Positions 16,401-25,222 of a stretch of 32,000 nucleotides of DNA are shown here, piece by piece (within the stretch, counting starts at the first letter, position 1; each line of letters opens with the position of its first letter). This stretch comes from Acaryochloris marina MBIC11017 (GTDB lineage: Bacteria > Cyanobacteriota > Cyanobacteriia > Thermosynechococcales > Thermosynechococcaceae), in assembly GCF_000018105.1 (NCBI RefSeq), contig NC_009925.1, positions 4,350,001 to 4,382,000 of the forward strand, in the 5' to 3' direction. The position numbers and the translations under genes were made by a program. The notes beneath the pieces are model-generated. The model had not been told where the DNA came from, did no database searches, and was given only the letters and a program-made list of their open reading frames with translations.

Positions 16401-16604
16401 GCTGTAGAAAATGGAGTTCTGCTGCTGGGCCAACTGATCATTATCAAATCGAGTAATCCAGAGAGTCTTCCCCAGACCTATGTGAAAGTTGTTTCGGAAG
16501 AGTTAAAACAGACTCTGGCAGAGACCCCTGAGCTGTTGGATAGCTCCCAGGCAATGGTCAATTTTCTTTATAATCGAGCAGAATTACCGGATGCCATTGC
16601 TTAG
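13458..16604 (+). CDS. Giant carotenoid-oxygenase (RPE65/CCD)-like protein with large insertions, one hydrophobic helix and an unknown ~220-aa C-terminal extension
   Basis: Intact 1048-aa ORF. Family landmarks appear in order: GDGMIYRLDF; SAHPVYD (His at nt 14349); VHQMSLTKDYIVISD (His at 14721); ETAHFLSSYDN (His at 15123); SPQFVPRED..GYIVCVV..SELWIFDAAHLSQGPLYRLNHPELNIGPTLHTAWL (His at 15912). A hydrophobic segment FFDYVVLGVVNVALWLVGILLAILSFW lies at ~14515-14600. A charged low-complexity insert KQKGTEKAESTAPSTDSPDKSPEEIKQEVKRDWRQ is also present. Confidence 0.75.
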   Translation: MLSASVNLSVQGNITVSGSSTASQTWPSFPKAILSVSRKEHYHQPLGLTILSRKNEGEPVDPSSTAFLDPQYWHSHSPRPEGPGPLPSTLKGHVFVIGTAASFDSKKIENTEIYLPTQDGWQHIYSGDGMIYRLDFHNSVHSTATPENPHPEQPCATTQQPGWAHLATRLIKTPDYYADWALESDPKYQKPKSDYQQLTFRDAALTRLSIGLGGRNYLNTAWLPLKPKQKDSERLLVTWDAGRPYEVDPCSLGLVAPVGLNKDWKPIFDMPAVSRPLQKWFGFPILSQVFPMILSSAHPVYDDHEDAVYMVNGTKSMGSMMQVSRLQPYFLKGVLEFINKLEGEDPNAPRTSFFDYVVLGVVNVALWLVGILLAILSFWEVGGTDRLFLYRWQGEQTEIDKSNQWEVVTEKGHSIPIYQSVHQMSLTKDYIVISDSSFKFVVADVLPSLFNPQDFTKNLRKIVRFVARSKQKGTEKAESTAPSTDSPDKSPEEIKQEVKRDWRQDFQDLFSFLNYAQTPYTDVYVIVRSDLESGDSSLGVRKVKAKHFRLQPETAHFLSSYDNPAGKVVLHVGHIKGLDPAEFVNKIDEAVCHYSTTSNSGQPCPEDINDILQQRSGVLANSMAPNQLGTWTLDMETGQSEKVIIEDEDKFQLLAFFTLNEKTANQVTDVYWNCGGVWPNHHTLNHLDLYKEQIDPQVLDQQINRIAKEGRPANLLRVSQTPALDGQTSTPPQLKVEDYYAFPPGCYASSPQFVPREDGLPSSTHGYIVCVVVATDDPQTDHATHPKLSELWIFDAAHLSQGPLYRLNHPELNIGPTLHTAWLSKLESPPSRTDYDVRDDYQEVLDQVEPASLKQRIQDLFDQDVFPKVLHDSADASAKQTFKMRIFDANGVSSAVHRGVEQYAMACGYHDPVVLRAEEDTLVQDVQYQDTDQLSSHQFAEIAQAGVDLFRGHPPKQQYDEPSLLLHQSAKALAALLKIIAAVENGVLLLGQLIIIKSSNPESLPQTYVKVVSEELKQTLAETPELLDSSQAMVNFLYNRAELPDAIA

Positions 16605-16685
16605 GCTTGGCCAAACGATAGGCCAACTTGACTCGGATCAGACTGGTGACAACCTTCATCTCTTGATAAGTTAGTGGGTGACTTA

Positions 16686-19232
16686 ATGTCTGACCTGCTC
16701 CATTTAATATATTTTTTCTTGTTAAACCTGGCTCAAACCAATCTCAATAAAGCTTTGCTGTGGGCAACGATCAGTGTTCTAGGGTGGATGGGCCTGTTGC
16801 CTTCAGCTTCAGCCCAAATTCGCCCTGATGCTACTTTGCCGATTAATTCCGAAGTGCGTTCAGAAGGCGCAATCCAGCGAATTCTGGGCGGGACTCAGGC
16901 GGGGCAAAACTTATTCCATAGCTTTCGGCAGTTTGATTTGCCCCCTGGCACGACTGTCTATTTTGATCAGAATCCTGCTCTGACCAATATCTTTGCCCGG
17001 ATTACGGGAGGACAGGCATCGAGTGTAGATGGTGTGCTCCGAGCCAATGGAGCCACGAATCTATTCTTGATTAACCCCAAGGGGATCTTGTTTGGCCCCA
17101 ACGCTCAACTGAATGTGGGGGGCTCTTTTTTCGCTACAACAGCAAATCGTATCCTATTTCCGAATGGCAACGCTTTCAGCACAATGCCTACCGCCCAGTC
17201 TGCACCGTTGTTGTCCATTAATCAGCCCCTGGGATTAGCGTTTAACCAACAGCCAGGTCCGATTACGGTACGGTCTGGCCTTACCGTTCAACCGGGTCAA
17301 ATGTTGAGCCTGTTGGGGGGCGATGTGAATATCAGAGGCAATTTAACGGCTCCTGGGGGGCGAATTGAGTTAGGTGCCGTTGATGTGAATCAACAGGTAC
17401 AGTTGAACCCTTCATCTAGGGGACTCAACTACAGTGGTGTTCAGCGCTTTCAAGATATTCGCATTGATAATTTAGCGATTGTTGACACCAGTGGTCCAGG
17501 CGGTGGATTGATTAATGTGCAAGGCGATCGCATCACCTTAGCTGAGGGAGGACGACTGCAATCCATTACTTTGGGGAATCTTGATGGGGGTGGCATCACC
17601 GTCAATGCTGACACTTCGCTAGAGGTTTTGGGGAATCTTTCGCCGAATAGCCCGATCGATCCCTTTATTGCCCAAAGAGGATTCTTTCTACCCCAAACAA
17701 CTACTATTCTCGCAACGACCATAGGAGCGGGGCAGGCCAGTTCTATTGAAATTAATACGGGTACTTTACGGGTTATAGATGGCGCTAAGATTACCGCAGC
17801 TACCGATGGATTAGGCCTCGGTGGCAACCTCACGATTAATGCAGCTCGTTCCATTGACGTCGCGGGGGAAACGATCCTCCTGGGATTCGTCCCGGAAGCC
17901 GTTCCTTTTACTGAACCTGTGACTCGGAACTTCCTGATTGACCAGACCAGTACCAGTCAAATTAATGCTCGCAGTGCCTTTATCCCTAATAGTGGTCCTA
18001 GTGGCAATATCACCATAAATACAGGCGATCTAACCATACGGGATGGCGCTAATCTGACTGCAGGATCAAACCTAGGCCCTGGTGGAACAATTACCCTCAA
18101 TGCTATCGGCACCGTTGAAATTGTTGGGTCTAGTCAAAGCGGATTTTCAACAAGTAATGTGTCTACAGCATCTATCAGTCAAAATAATGCCTTAGATACT
18201 ATTATTCGAGCTAATAAGCTAATTATCCGGGATGGAGGTGTGATTACGGCCAGTACTTTTGGTTTAGGACAAGCTGGGGATATCCTGATCACCACAACTC
18301 AATCCGTTGAGATTTTAGGTATAAGTCGGTCAGGTATGATTCCTAGTCAAATTAATGCAGGTACCTTCAGCGCTGGTGATTCTGGTGATATCAAAATCGA
18401 TACTGGCAGGTTAAGCGTTAAGGATGGGGGAACCATTCGGCTGAATAGTGTAGCTCAAGGCCAGACTGGCGCTTTAACCGTAACGGCTAACTCCGTATTT
18501 CTAGAGAATCAAAGCCAAATTAGTAGCAATGCAGTCGCAAGCCCTGCAGGCAATATCAATATCGATACCAATCTATTGCTTCTCAATAATGGCAGCAACA
18601 TTACCACCAATGCGTTTGGGCTGGATGCTGGAGGTAATATCAATCTCAATGCTGATGTGATTGCGGCTCTCCCTTTAGACGGTGATAGTAATATCACGGC
18701 GAATGCAGTGAATGGGCCGGGAGGGCAAATTACGATTACCACTCAAGGTCTATTTGGTATTGCGATCTCGGACCGCAATACTGACCTAAATGATATTACA
18801 GCGATTTCTCAAAACAATCCTCAGCTCAATGGTGTGGTGGAACTCAACACCCCCGATGCTGACCCCAGTGAAAACCTGGCGGAACAACCCGATGAGGTAG
18901 AGGCTCCTCAACCTATTGCTCGGGGATGTCAAACTCGGCAATTTGCGAACCAAAGCCGATTTAAACGTTCTGGGCGAGGGGGGTTACCCATTAATCCCCA
19001 CAGCGCTCTGTCTTCCTTGGCGGTTTGGCAAGACCTGCGTACGGATCCTGAGCCTTTGTCTCAGGTCAGTCCTGCCTCCGACCTGACGGCTACTTTGCCT
19101 ACAGATACTCCAGTGCAGGAGATTACGGAAGCTCAAGGCTGGCAGCAGGATGAGCAGGGACGCACCGTGTTAACAACTCAGCGTCAAGGCCCATCCCATT
19201 ATGCTTTCCAACCCTCTGCTCCCAACTGCTAG
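16686..19232 (+). CDS. Two-partner-secretion exoprotein (TpsA): filamentous-haemagglutinin N-terminal (TPS) domain plus right-handed beta-helix repeats
   Basis: Start is ATG 16686, or GTG 16674 as in the track. The signal peptide ends at ...LLPSASA|QIRPD. TPS-domain signature: GGTQAGQNLFHSFRQFDLPPGTTVYFDQ...NIFARITGG..S.VDGVLRANGATNLFLINPKGILFGPNAQLNVGGSFFATT. About 10 or more degenerate G-x-I-T-I-N type repeats follow (GGNLTINAARSIDV, SGNITINTGDLTIRDGANLTA, GGTITLNAIGTVEIVG, AGNINIDTN..., GGQITITTQGLFG). Confidence 0.85.
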   Translation: MSDLLHLIYFFLLNLAQTNLNKALLWATISVLGWMGLLPSASAQIRPDATLPINSEVRSEGAIQRILGGTQAGQNLFHSFRQFDLPPGTTVYFDQNPALTNIFARITGGQASSVDGVLRANGATNLFLINPKGILFGPNAQLNVGGSFFATTANRILFPNGNAFSTMPTAQSAPLLSINQPLGLAFNQQPGPITVRSGLTVQPGQMLSLLGGDVNIRGNLTAPGGRIELGAVDVNQQVQLNPSSRGLNYSGVQRFQDIRIDNLAIVDTSGPGGGLINVQGDRITLAEGGRLQSITLGNLDGGGITVNADTSLEVLGNLSPNSPIDPFIAQRGFFLPQTTTILATTIGAGQASSIEINTGTLRVIDGAKITAATDGLGLGGNLTINAARSIDVAGETILLGFVPEAVPFTEPVTRNFLIDQTSTSQINARSAFIPNSGPSGNITINTGDLTIRDGANLTAGSNLGPGGTITLNAIGTVEIVGSSQSGFSTSNVSTASISQNNALDTIIRANKLIIRDGGVITASTFGLGQAGDILITTTQSVEILGISRSGMIPSQINAGTFSAGDSGDIKIDTGRLSVKDGGTIRLNSVAQGQTGALTVTANSVFLENQSQISSNAVASPAGNINIDTNLLLLNNGSNITTNAFGLDAGGNINLNADVIAALPLDGDSNITANAVNGPGGQITITTQGLFGIAISDRNTDLNDITAISQNNPQLNGVVELNTPDADPSENLAEQPDEVEAPQPIARGCQTRQFANQSRFKRSGRGGLPINPHSALSSLAVWQDLRTDPEPLSQVSPASDLTATLPTDTPVQEITEAQGWQQDEQGRTVLTTQRQGPSHYAFQPSAPNC

Positions 19233-21910
19233 CTCCGAATCACATCCACGGGACCAGCAGACACAATAACCATTCGGTCAGGATGGATAAAGGCTTCAAT
19301 GGCCTGATTGATCTCGGCCATGGTAACAGCACCGATGCGTTGGGGAAGGTGACGGATTTCTTCGATGGGTAAGCCCAGGACTTCATTCATCAAAAACCGC
19401 TGGGCCAGAATATCGGGATCAGCCAGATCAACGGGATAGCTGTTGAGGATGGAGCGCTGGGCTGTTTCTAGTTCGGACTGAGTAATTCCTTCTGCTTTCA
19501 CTTGTTTGAGTAAGGCGAGGGTACTGGAAATAGCGGTTTGAGTATCTTCGGGAGACGTTTGCATCTGTACGGCAAAGGGACCCGCATGGAGTCCGGCGGC
19601 AAAATAGCTGTAGATGCCGTAGGTGAGTCCTTTGCGATCGCGAATTTCAGTACCTAAACGACTCGATAACGTATCGCCTCCGATAATTTGGTTCAGGAGC
19701 ATGGCCGCATAGTAGAGGGAATGGTGGCGTTCAATACCGGGATAGCCCATATAGGTCACCACTTGAGTTTTGCCCGGTAAAGGCGCATTCACTCGCTGGA
19801 TCGTAGGAGGCATCTGAGGTTCAGGAAAGTTGAGCGCGGTAGAACTCCGGGGATTTTGCCATTGGCCTAGGGTTCGTTTGAGGTGCGATCGCAACTCCGC
19901 ACCCTCAAAATCTCCCACCAAGGTCAAAATCATATTGTCGGGGCGATAATGCTGCTCATAAAACCGCAAAATCCCTTCTCTACTGATGTTCTTTAGACTA
20001 TTGGCTGTGGGGAATCCATGAAATGGATGGTCTTGGGTATAAATTTTTTGCTGAAAGGTCCGACGGGCTAACGCCCCTGGATCATCTAGCTCTAGCTGTA
20101 GGTGGGTCAGCATGCGCTGACGAGACAAGTCTAACAGCTGTTGAGGGAAGATCGCATGCTGCAGGACGTCCGCCAAGGTCTCTAGCACCACGGGGAGGTC
20201 AGGAGATAAGGCATAGCCAGAGACATCAACACCTTCTCGCAGAGATAGAAAATCTAAACTGGCCCCGCGATTCTCTAAGGCTTTAGCAATCGCTAGATCA
20301 TCTTTGCTCGTTGTGCCGCTCATCAGGTTGTCAGCCGTCATGCTGGCCACCCCGCCCAAGGTCAGATAGTCCCACTGATTGCCTGCCCGAATATGGCCAC
20401 TCAGGGTCACCGTGGGCGTACTGTGGTCTTCTAGTAACAGCACCGTTAGACCATTATCTAAAACCCACCGCTCCGGTAAAGACTGGGTATCGGAGCCAGC
20501 GGAGGTCGCCAGGTCCGGCAGATATTTGGCGACCTGAGCCGGATCCACCGGCTCGCTGGGCGTAAAGTTTTCTGCCGTTTGGGTAGCAGGAATGCCAGCA
20601 GGCATCGGTTGTCCTTCTAACTGCGTGGGCTCAAATAAGCCAACTGTTCTCTGGGTAGGGGTGAGATAGGTCTGAGCGACTCGCTGCACATCGGTAGGGG
20701 TTACCGCTTCAATCCCCCTCAGATAGCGATCGCTAAAGCAGTGATCGTTGGTGACAATTTGGTTATAGGCCAACTGGCTCGCCTGATTCTCAATCTCTCG
20801 ATTACTGAGAATAAAGCCAGCCTTGACCTGAGTTTTGGCTCGTTCCAGCTCTTCAAGAGTAATGGGCTGGCTCCGCAGCTGCTCCAGGGTTGCCTCTACC
20901 ACCTGATCAATCTCTGACAGTTCCCCTGCAGCAGCGGTCACCGAAATGTTGTACCAACCTCCATCCATCAGGGAGGCAACATAGGCATGGGCATTAGTGG
21001 CTAAGCCAGACTCAATTAAGGCGGGATAAAACCGTGAATTGCGCCCAGCCGACAGAATGGAATCCAAAATCTCTAGGGCCGGAATATCTGGGTGTTGGGC
21101 ATCAGGGATGGGGTAGACCGCATCCAGCAGAGGGGCACTGCCAGGTTCTTTCAACACAATCGGTGCTGAAGGGGCCGTTTTTGTAACCACGGACATGGGG
21201 GCAGGGGCCGTTGCGACTGGATGACTAGGAATGGGACCAAAGTAGGTCTGAATTTGTTCTAGAACCGTACTTTCGTCAAAATCCCCCGTGATCACCAATG
21301 TGGCATTACTCGGTTGGTAATAGGTTTGGTAATATTCCTGCACTTGATCCAGGGTAAATTGCTCCACGTCCGACTTGTTTCCCCCAACGGATAGCCCATA
21401 GTTGGACTCCGGAAAAGCCTGCTGCATCACGGCTTTGCTTAAGCGATAGTCGGGACTATTCTCATAGCCCTGCAGCTCTGAAATCACAACACGCTTTTCA
21501 CTGGCTAAATGTTCAGCCGTCAGCGCTACGTTCTGCATCCGGTCGGCTTCCAGGATCAGTAAGGTTTCTAATTTGTCGCTACCCACGGTGCCGTAATAGG
21601 CGGTCATGTCATAGCTGGTAAAGGCGTTGGAGGCACTGCCCAGGGCACTGAAGAGTTTGCCAAATTGGACTGGACGAGAGTGGGTGCCTTTAAACATCAA
21701 GTGTTCTAGCTGGTGGGTGATGCCATTGAGCCCTAAGGCCTCATTTCGGGAACCCACTCGATACCACACTTGCACACTGACGACTGGTGCCGTATGCACT
21801 TCCTTCAGTAAGATTGTTAAGCCATTTTCCAGGATTGTTTTGTTGACGTCTTTGGTCAACACATGTCGTAGGTCAGGGGTACTAGAAATAGTCACGTTGG
21901 TAGATGTCAA
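19229..21910 (-). CDS. M16 (pitrilysin/insulinase) family zinc peptidase, fused active + inactive halves
   Basis: 893 aa. The inverted zinc motif HQLEH is encoded at 21701-21715 (minus strand), within GITHQLEHLMFKG. The second half (~aa 470-893) repeats the M16 fold without HxxEH. The start is uncertain, with only non-ATG candidates: TTG 21910, GTG 21895, GTG 21862. Confidence 0.85.
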   Translation of the reverse strand: MTSTNVTISSTPDLRHVLTKDVNKTILENGLTILLKEVHTAPVVSVQVWYRVGSRNEALGLNGITHQLEHLMFKGTHSRPVQFGKLFSALGSASNAFTSYDMTAYYGTVGSDKLETLLILEADRMQNVALTAEHLASEKRVVISELQGYENSPDYRLSKAVMQQAFPESNYGLSVGGNKSDVEQFTLDQVQEYYQTYYQPSNATLVITGDFDESTVLEQIQTYFGPIPSHPVATAPAPMSVVTKTAPSAPIVLKEPGSAPLLDAVYPIPDAQHPDIPALEILDSILSAGRNSRFYPALIESGLATNAHAYVASLMDGGWYNISVTAAAGELSEIDQVVEATLEQLRSQPITLEELERAKTQVKAGFILSNREIENQASQLAYNQIVTNDHCFSDRYLRGIEAVTPTDVQRVAQTYLTPTQRTVGLFEPTQLEGQPMPAGIPATQTAENFTPSEPVDPAQVAKYLPDLATSAGSDTQSLPERWVLDNGLTVLLLEDHSTPTVTLSGHIRAGNQWDYLTLGGVASMTADNLMSGTTSKDDLAIAKALENRGASLDFLSLREGVDVSGYALSPDLPVVLETLADVLQHAIFPQQLLDLSRQRMLTHLQLELDDPGALARRTFQQKIYTQDHPFHGFPTANSLKNISREGILRFYEQHYRPDNMILTLVGDFEGAELRSHLKRTLGQWQNPRSSTALNFPEPQMPPTIQRVNAPLPGKTQVVTYMGYPGIERHHSLYYAAMLLNQIIGGDTLSSRLGTEIRDRKGLTYGIYSYFAAGLHAGPFAVQMQTSPEDTQTAISSTLALLKQVKAEGITQSELETAQRSILNSYPVDLADPDILAQRFLMNEVLGLPIEEIRHLPQRIGAVTMAEINQAIEAFIHPDRMVIVSAGPVDVIRS

Positions 21911-22155
21911 ATGGATTAACAGAGGATAAACCGCAGGAATAATATATAGTCTTCAGATCTTAGTATCGCCTACCTCCTTCGCTTGTGGTTGAGGGGAAAG
22001 ATTTGGGGGCAGGCATTGACAGTAGGCAACGGCCATCCCACTTTTACCGTGCTCGTCAGACAACCGCCTCCCAAAGGGAATTATCATGACAGGAACGTCC
22101 GGTTGTTTAGCTAAGCGTCCTATATGACCATCAACCCAGCCTCTGAGGAGCAGTA

Positions 22156-23769
22156 ATGGACTTCAATCAACTGTTGCTGTGGATGGTCTATGTATCCTGT
22201 ATTAGTTTGTTAATCGTTGGTTTCAAACGAGGCAAGGCGGCTAGAGGTTGGCTGCTGATTGCGGCATTGCTCCTGGGATTAACGCTCTTTCTCCAGCAAG
22301 TTTTACCCAATCATGTTGGGCTCATCAGTGGTGCCCTTTGGTTCCTCGTGATCCTGATCCCTCAACGAGGCTCGGTTCGCATCAATCAACTCGCCTGGCA
22401 GCATCGATTTAAGCCTGCGCGTCAATGGGCTCAAGTGCTACGACTGTTGCATCCTATGGATAGTTTTTGGCAATGGCCTCGTTATCTCCATGCCATGGAA
22501 CTCGCTCAAGCGGGTCAACTGCCGGAGGCGGAAACCAAACTGCGACCGTTTAGCCAATCGCAATCCCTGATGAGTATTGTGGCTCGCTGCCAAGTCTCTC
22601 GCTTTCGAGGAGATTGGCCAGGAATCTTGGACTGGATGACCCAGGAAATCCCCAAAGTCACGGTTATGAGTAGCACTTCGCTAATGGTGACCTACATGAT
22701 GGCCCTAGGAGAGACCAATCGCCTCAATGAGATGATTCTGGAGTTAGAGCGATTCCAGCCTCAACTGGCCAATGCTGCTAGCAAATACTACTGGGATTTC
22801 AGTCGCCTGATCGTGTTTGCTTTTTGTGGACAGCCAGAACTGGTTGCTCGCTTGCTCAAAGGCCCTCTGGCGAAAATAGCGGATTCAGCCCAACAATTTT
22901 GGACTGCAACAGCGGCCATGGCAGCGGGTGAAACCGAGTTTGCTCAAACAGAGTTCGATCGATTGATTGCCAGTGGCAATGGTCTCTATGCCAATACGCT
23001 ACGCCAGCGTAATCCCCAAGCCTGTGTTGATGACGCCTTAGATGATCATTCACGCCACCAATTAAAGGTGTGGGGAGATGCCTTATTCGTAGAATTGCCA
23101 GATCGGGAACGACAACGCGTCAAGATCTGGCAGTCGCCGATAACTCTAGGCTTGATTGTCATAAATCTCGCCTTCTTTGTTGCTGAGGTCATTCTGGGCA
23201 GTCGTGCGAATGGACTCAATTTGGGGACAGATACCAATGCGTTGTACACCTTAGGAGCACTTATCCCGTCAGAAGTGGTCGCCGGGGACTGGTGGAGACT
23301 CTTGGCAGCAGCTTTTCTGCACTTTGGCATTGAGCACCTTAGCCTCAATATGTTTGGGTTAGGGCTGCTCGGGCCGTTTGTGGAGAAAATGTTGGGCACT
23401 TGGCGCTTTATCGTCTCGTATTTGATGACAGCGATTGGCTCAATGCTGACATTAACCCTATTAACGATTACCGGTATTTTTGTCACCCCAGCAGCAGTGG
23501 GGGCATCTGGAGCCATTATGGGTTTGATTGGGACTGAAGCTGCGATTCAGATGCGTATTATCAGACAGCAATCTTCTAAGGTGGCAGCGACTCGTTTAAG
23601 GCTGATTGGTCTGTTTGTGGTTATCCAAATGATCTTCGATGCTGTGACTCCTCAAGTGAGTTTTATCGGCCATGCCTCCGGTTTAGTGATTGGATTTGGG
23701 GTGGGTTGCATACTGAAGCTAAATGATCTGGTATCTGTTACTAAGCCAACGGCACTGAAATCTTTCTAA
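22156..23769 (+). CDS. Rhomboid-family intramembrane serine protease with long N-terminal membrane/helical-repeat extension
   Basis: 537 aa. Rhomboid motifs: WWRLLAAAFLHFGIEHLSLNM; GASGAIMG with catalytic Ser codon at 23506-23508; GHASGLVIG with His codon at 23671-23673. The N-terminal ~320 aa contain 2-3 TM segments and a TPR-like helical region. Confidence 0.85.
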   Translation: MDFNQLLLWMVYVSCISLLIVGFKRGKAARGWLLIAALLLGLTLFLQQVLPNHVGLISGALWFLVILIPQRGSVRINQLAWQHRFKPARQWAQVLRLLHPMDSFWQWPRYLHAMELAQAGQLPEAETKLRPFSQSQSLMSIVARCQVSRFRGDWPGILDWMTQEIPKVTVMSSTSLMVTYMMALGETNRLNEMILELERFQPQLANAASKYYWDFSRLIVFAFCGQPELVARLLKGPLAKIADSAQQFWTATAAMAAGETEFAQTEFDRLIASGNGLYANTLRQRNPQACVDDALDDHSRHQLKVWGDALFVELPDRERQRVKIWQSPITLGLIVINLAFFVAEVILGSRANGLNLGTDTNALYTLGALIPSEVVAGDWWRLLAAAFLHFGIEHLSLNMFGLGLLGPFVEKMLGTWRFIVSYLMTAIGSMLTLTLLTITGIFVTPAAVGASGAIMGLIGTEAAIQMRIIRQQSSKVAATRLRLIGLFVVIQMIFDAVTPQVSFIGHASGLVIGFGVGCILKLNDLVSVTKPTALKSF

Positions 23770-23915
23770 ACCCAGGGGGCCTCAATGGTAAGGCTAACTA
23801 TGAAAAGAGGAATCTCTATCAATCTGGTGCGGATTATCATGTTTTGCTGCATGGACTTGTCGTTTCCTTTGATCAGTGTCTAGATTCAGGACGCAAGGGT
23901 ATGACAAGGTCACTT

Positions 23916-24461
23916 ATGCGGAAACTAAAGTACTATATTGCATCCACGATTGATGGTTTTATTGCCCATGAAGATGGTTCTTTTGATGGCTTTTTGATGG
24001 AAGGAGAGCATGTCTCAGATTATTTAGCGGCTTTGCAGCAGTTTGATGCTGTGTTGATGGGACGGAAAACTTATGAAGTGGGTGTCAAAGAGGGAGTCAC
24101 CAATCCCTACCCGCATATGAAACAGTTTGTCATTTCTCGAACGTTACCCACTAGTCCAGATGAAGCTGTGACCGTGGTTGCGGATGAGTTGAATGACTTG
24201 GTCCGCAATCTGAAAGCGGAATCTGGCCAGGACATCTATCTCTGCGGTGGTGGAGAGTTGGCTAAAACGCTGTTAGCGGCTCAACATATCGATGAAATTA
24301 TTCTCAAAGTGAATCCAGTCTTATTTGGCACCGGAATTCCTTTATTTGCAAGTGGCCAACCCTCTATTCCCACTACTCGTCTGCAGCTAACGGATCACAA
24401 TATCTACGGCAATGGGCTAGTGTTGTTGTTCTATAACGTCCTTTACGATGCAGCGAATTGA
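23916..24461 (+). CDS. Dihydrofolate-reductase-like family protein (RibD C-terminal domain type)
   Basis: The track ORF begins at TTG 23844. The ATG at 23916 gives MRKLKYYIASTIDGFIA...FDAVLMGRKTYE...YLCGGGELA..., the typical RibD_C/YwjB-like pattern. ATG 23901 is an alternative start. Confidence 0.75.
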   Translation: MRKLKYYIASTIDGFIAHEDGSFDGFLMEGEHVSDYLAALQQFDAVLMGRKTYEVGVKEGVTNPYPHMKQFVISRTLPTSPDEAVTVVADELNDLVRNLKAESGQDIYLCGGGELAKTLLAAQHIDEIILKVNPVLFGTGIPLFASGQPSIPTTRLQLTDHNIYGNGLVLLFYNVLYDAAN

Positions 24462-24658
24462 AGTAAAGCGATGACGCTATGGCTCTCAACATGGACGAGT
24501 AAGCGTTGGGCTTTTGAAAAGTTCTTTGGCATTCCTGGTACTAAGGCTGAGATTTTCTTGGGAGCGCGTGCCAAAGGGACCAATTTGTATTAAGTTTTGT
24601 CAAAGGGGCCTTTAGCTCTCGCCTTACTCTAGAAATTGACTTTAGAAACTTAGAAAAT

Positions 24659-25153
24659 ATGTTCCGGATTCGCACCGCTATTTTATGTACGCTTTTAGCA
24701 TTGTTTTTATTACTGCCTTTACCTGCTCATGCCGCCAGTTCTGCCGCAACTCGCGCAATTGATGATGAGGACATTGTCACCCAAGATTTTTCGGGGCAAG
24801 ACTTACGAGAGGCTGAATTCAGTAATAATCAATTGGCGGGGGCCAATTTTAGCGAGGCTGACCTCACAGCTGTCGTGTTCAATGGGGTTGACTTAACAGG
24901 TGCCAGTCTAAAAAACGTAGATATGACCGGTGGAATGGCCTATCTGAGCAGCTTTGCAGAAGCCGACCTCAGTGGAGCCATCTTAACGGAAGCGATGCTA
25001 CTGCAGTCCAGTCTTCGCGATGCTACCGTTACGGATGCTGACTTTAGTTTTGCCGTGATTGATAAGGACCAAGTCAAGATCCTCTGCGAGACGGCCAGTG
25101 GTGTGAATCCTGTCACAGGAGTTGATACTCGCGATTCATTGGGTTGCCCTTAA
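24659..25153 (+). CDS. Secreted/thylakoid-lumen-type pentapeptide-repeat protein
   Basis: Signal peptide MFRIRTAILCTLLALFLLLPLPAHA|ASS. Tandem A(D/N)LxX pentapeptides follow (FSGQDLREAEFSNNQLAGANFSEADLTAVVFNGVDLTGASLKNVDM...). Confidence 0.85.
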   Translation: MFRIRTAILCTLLALFLLLPLPAHAASSAATRAIDDEDIVTQDFSGQDLREAEFSNNQLAGANFSEADLTAVVFNGVDLTGASLKNVDMTGGMAYLSSFAEADLSGAILTEAMLLQSSLRDATVTDADFSFAVIDKDQVKILCETASGVNPVTGVDTRDSLGCP

Positions 25154-25180
25154 CGAAATTAGAAATAGAAGTTGCCCTAC

Positions 25181-25222
25181 TCCCTGCTACCTAATAAATC
25201 TTGGGTAGCAGGGAATTTTTTG
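25181..25222 (+). terminator. Rho-independent terminator downstream of the pentapeptide-repeat gene
   Basis: TCCCTGCTACC (25181-25191) pairs with GGTAGCAGGGA (25204-25214) and is followed by ATTTTTTGG. Confidence 0.7.

Noticed and set aside
17450-17854. 134-aa antisense ORF inside the TpsA gene (also 18509..18742).
   Set aside because: Repetitive Gly/Asn/Thr-rich coding DNA often leaves long open antisense frames. No start context or motifs support it.
23046-23516. 156-aa antisense ORF inside the rhomboid gene.
   Set aside because: The + strand frame has the catalytic rhomboid motifs. The antisense frame has no features and a biased Arg/Ser/Pro composition.
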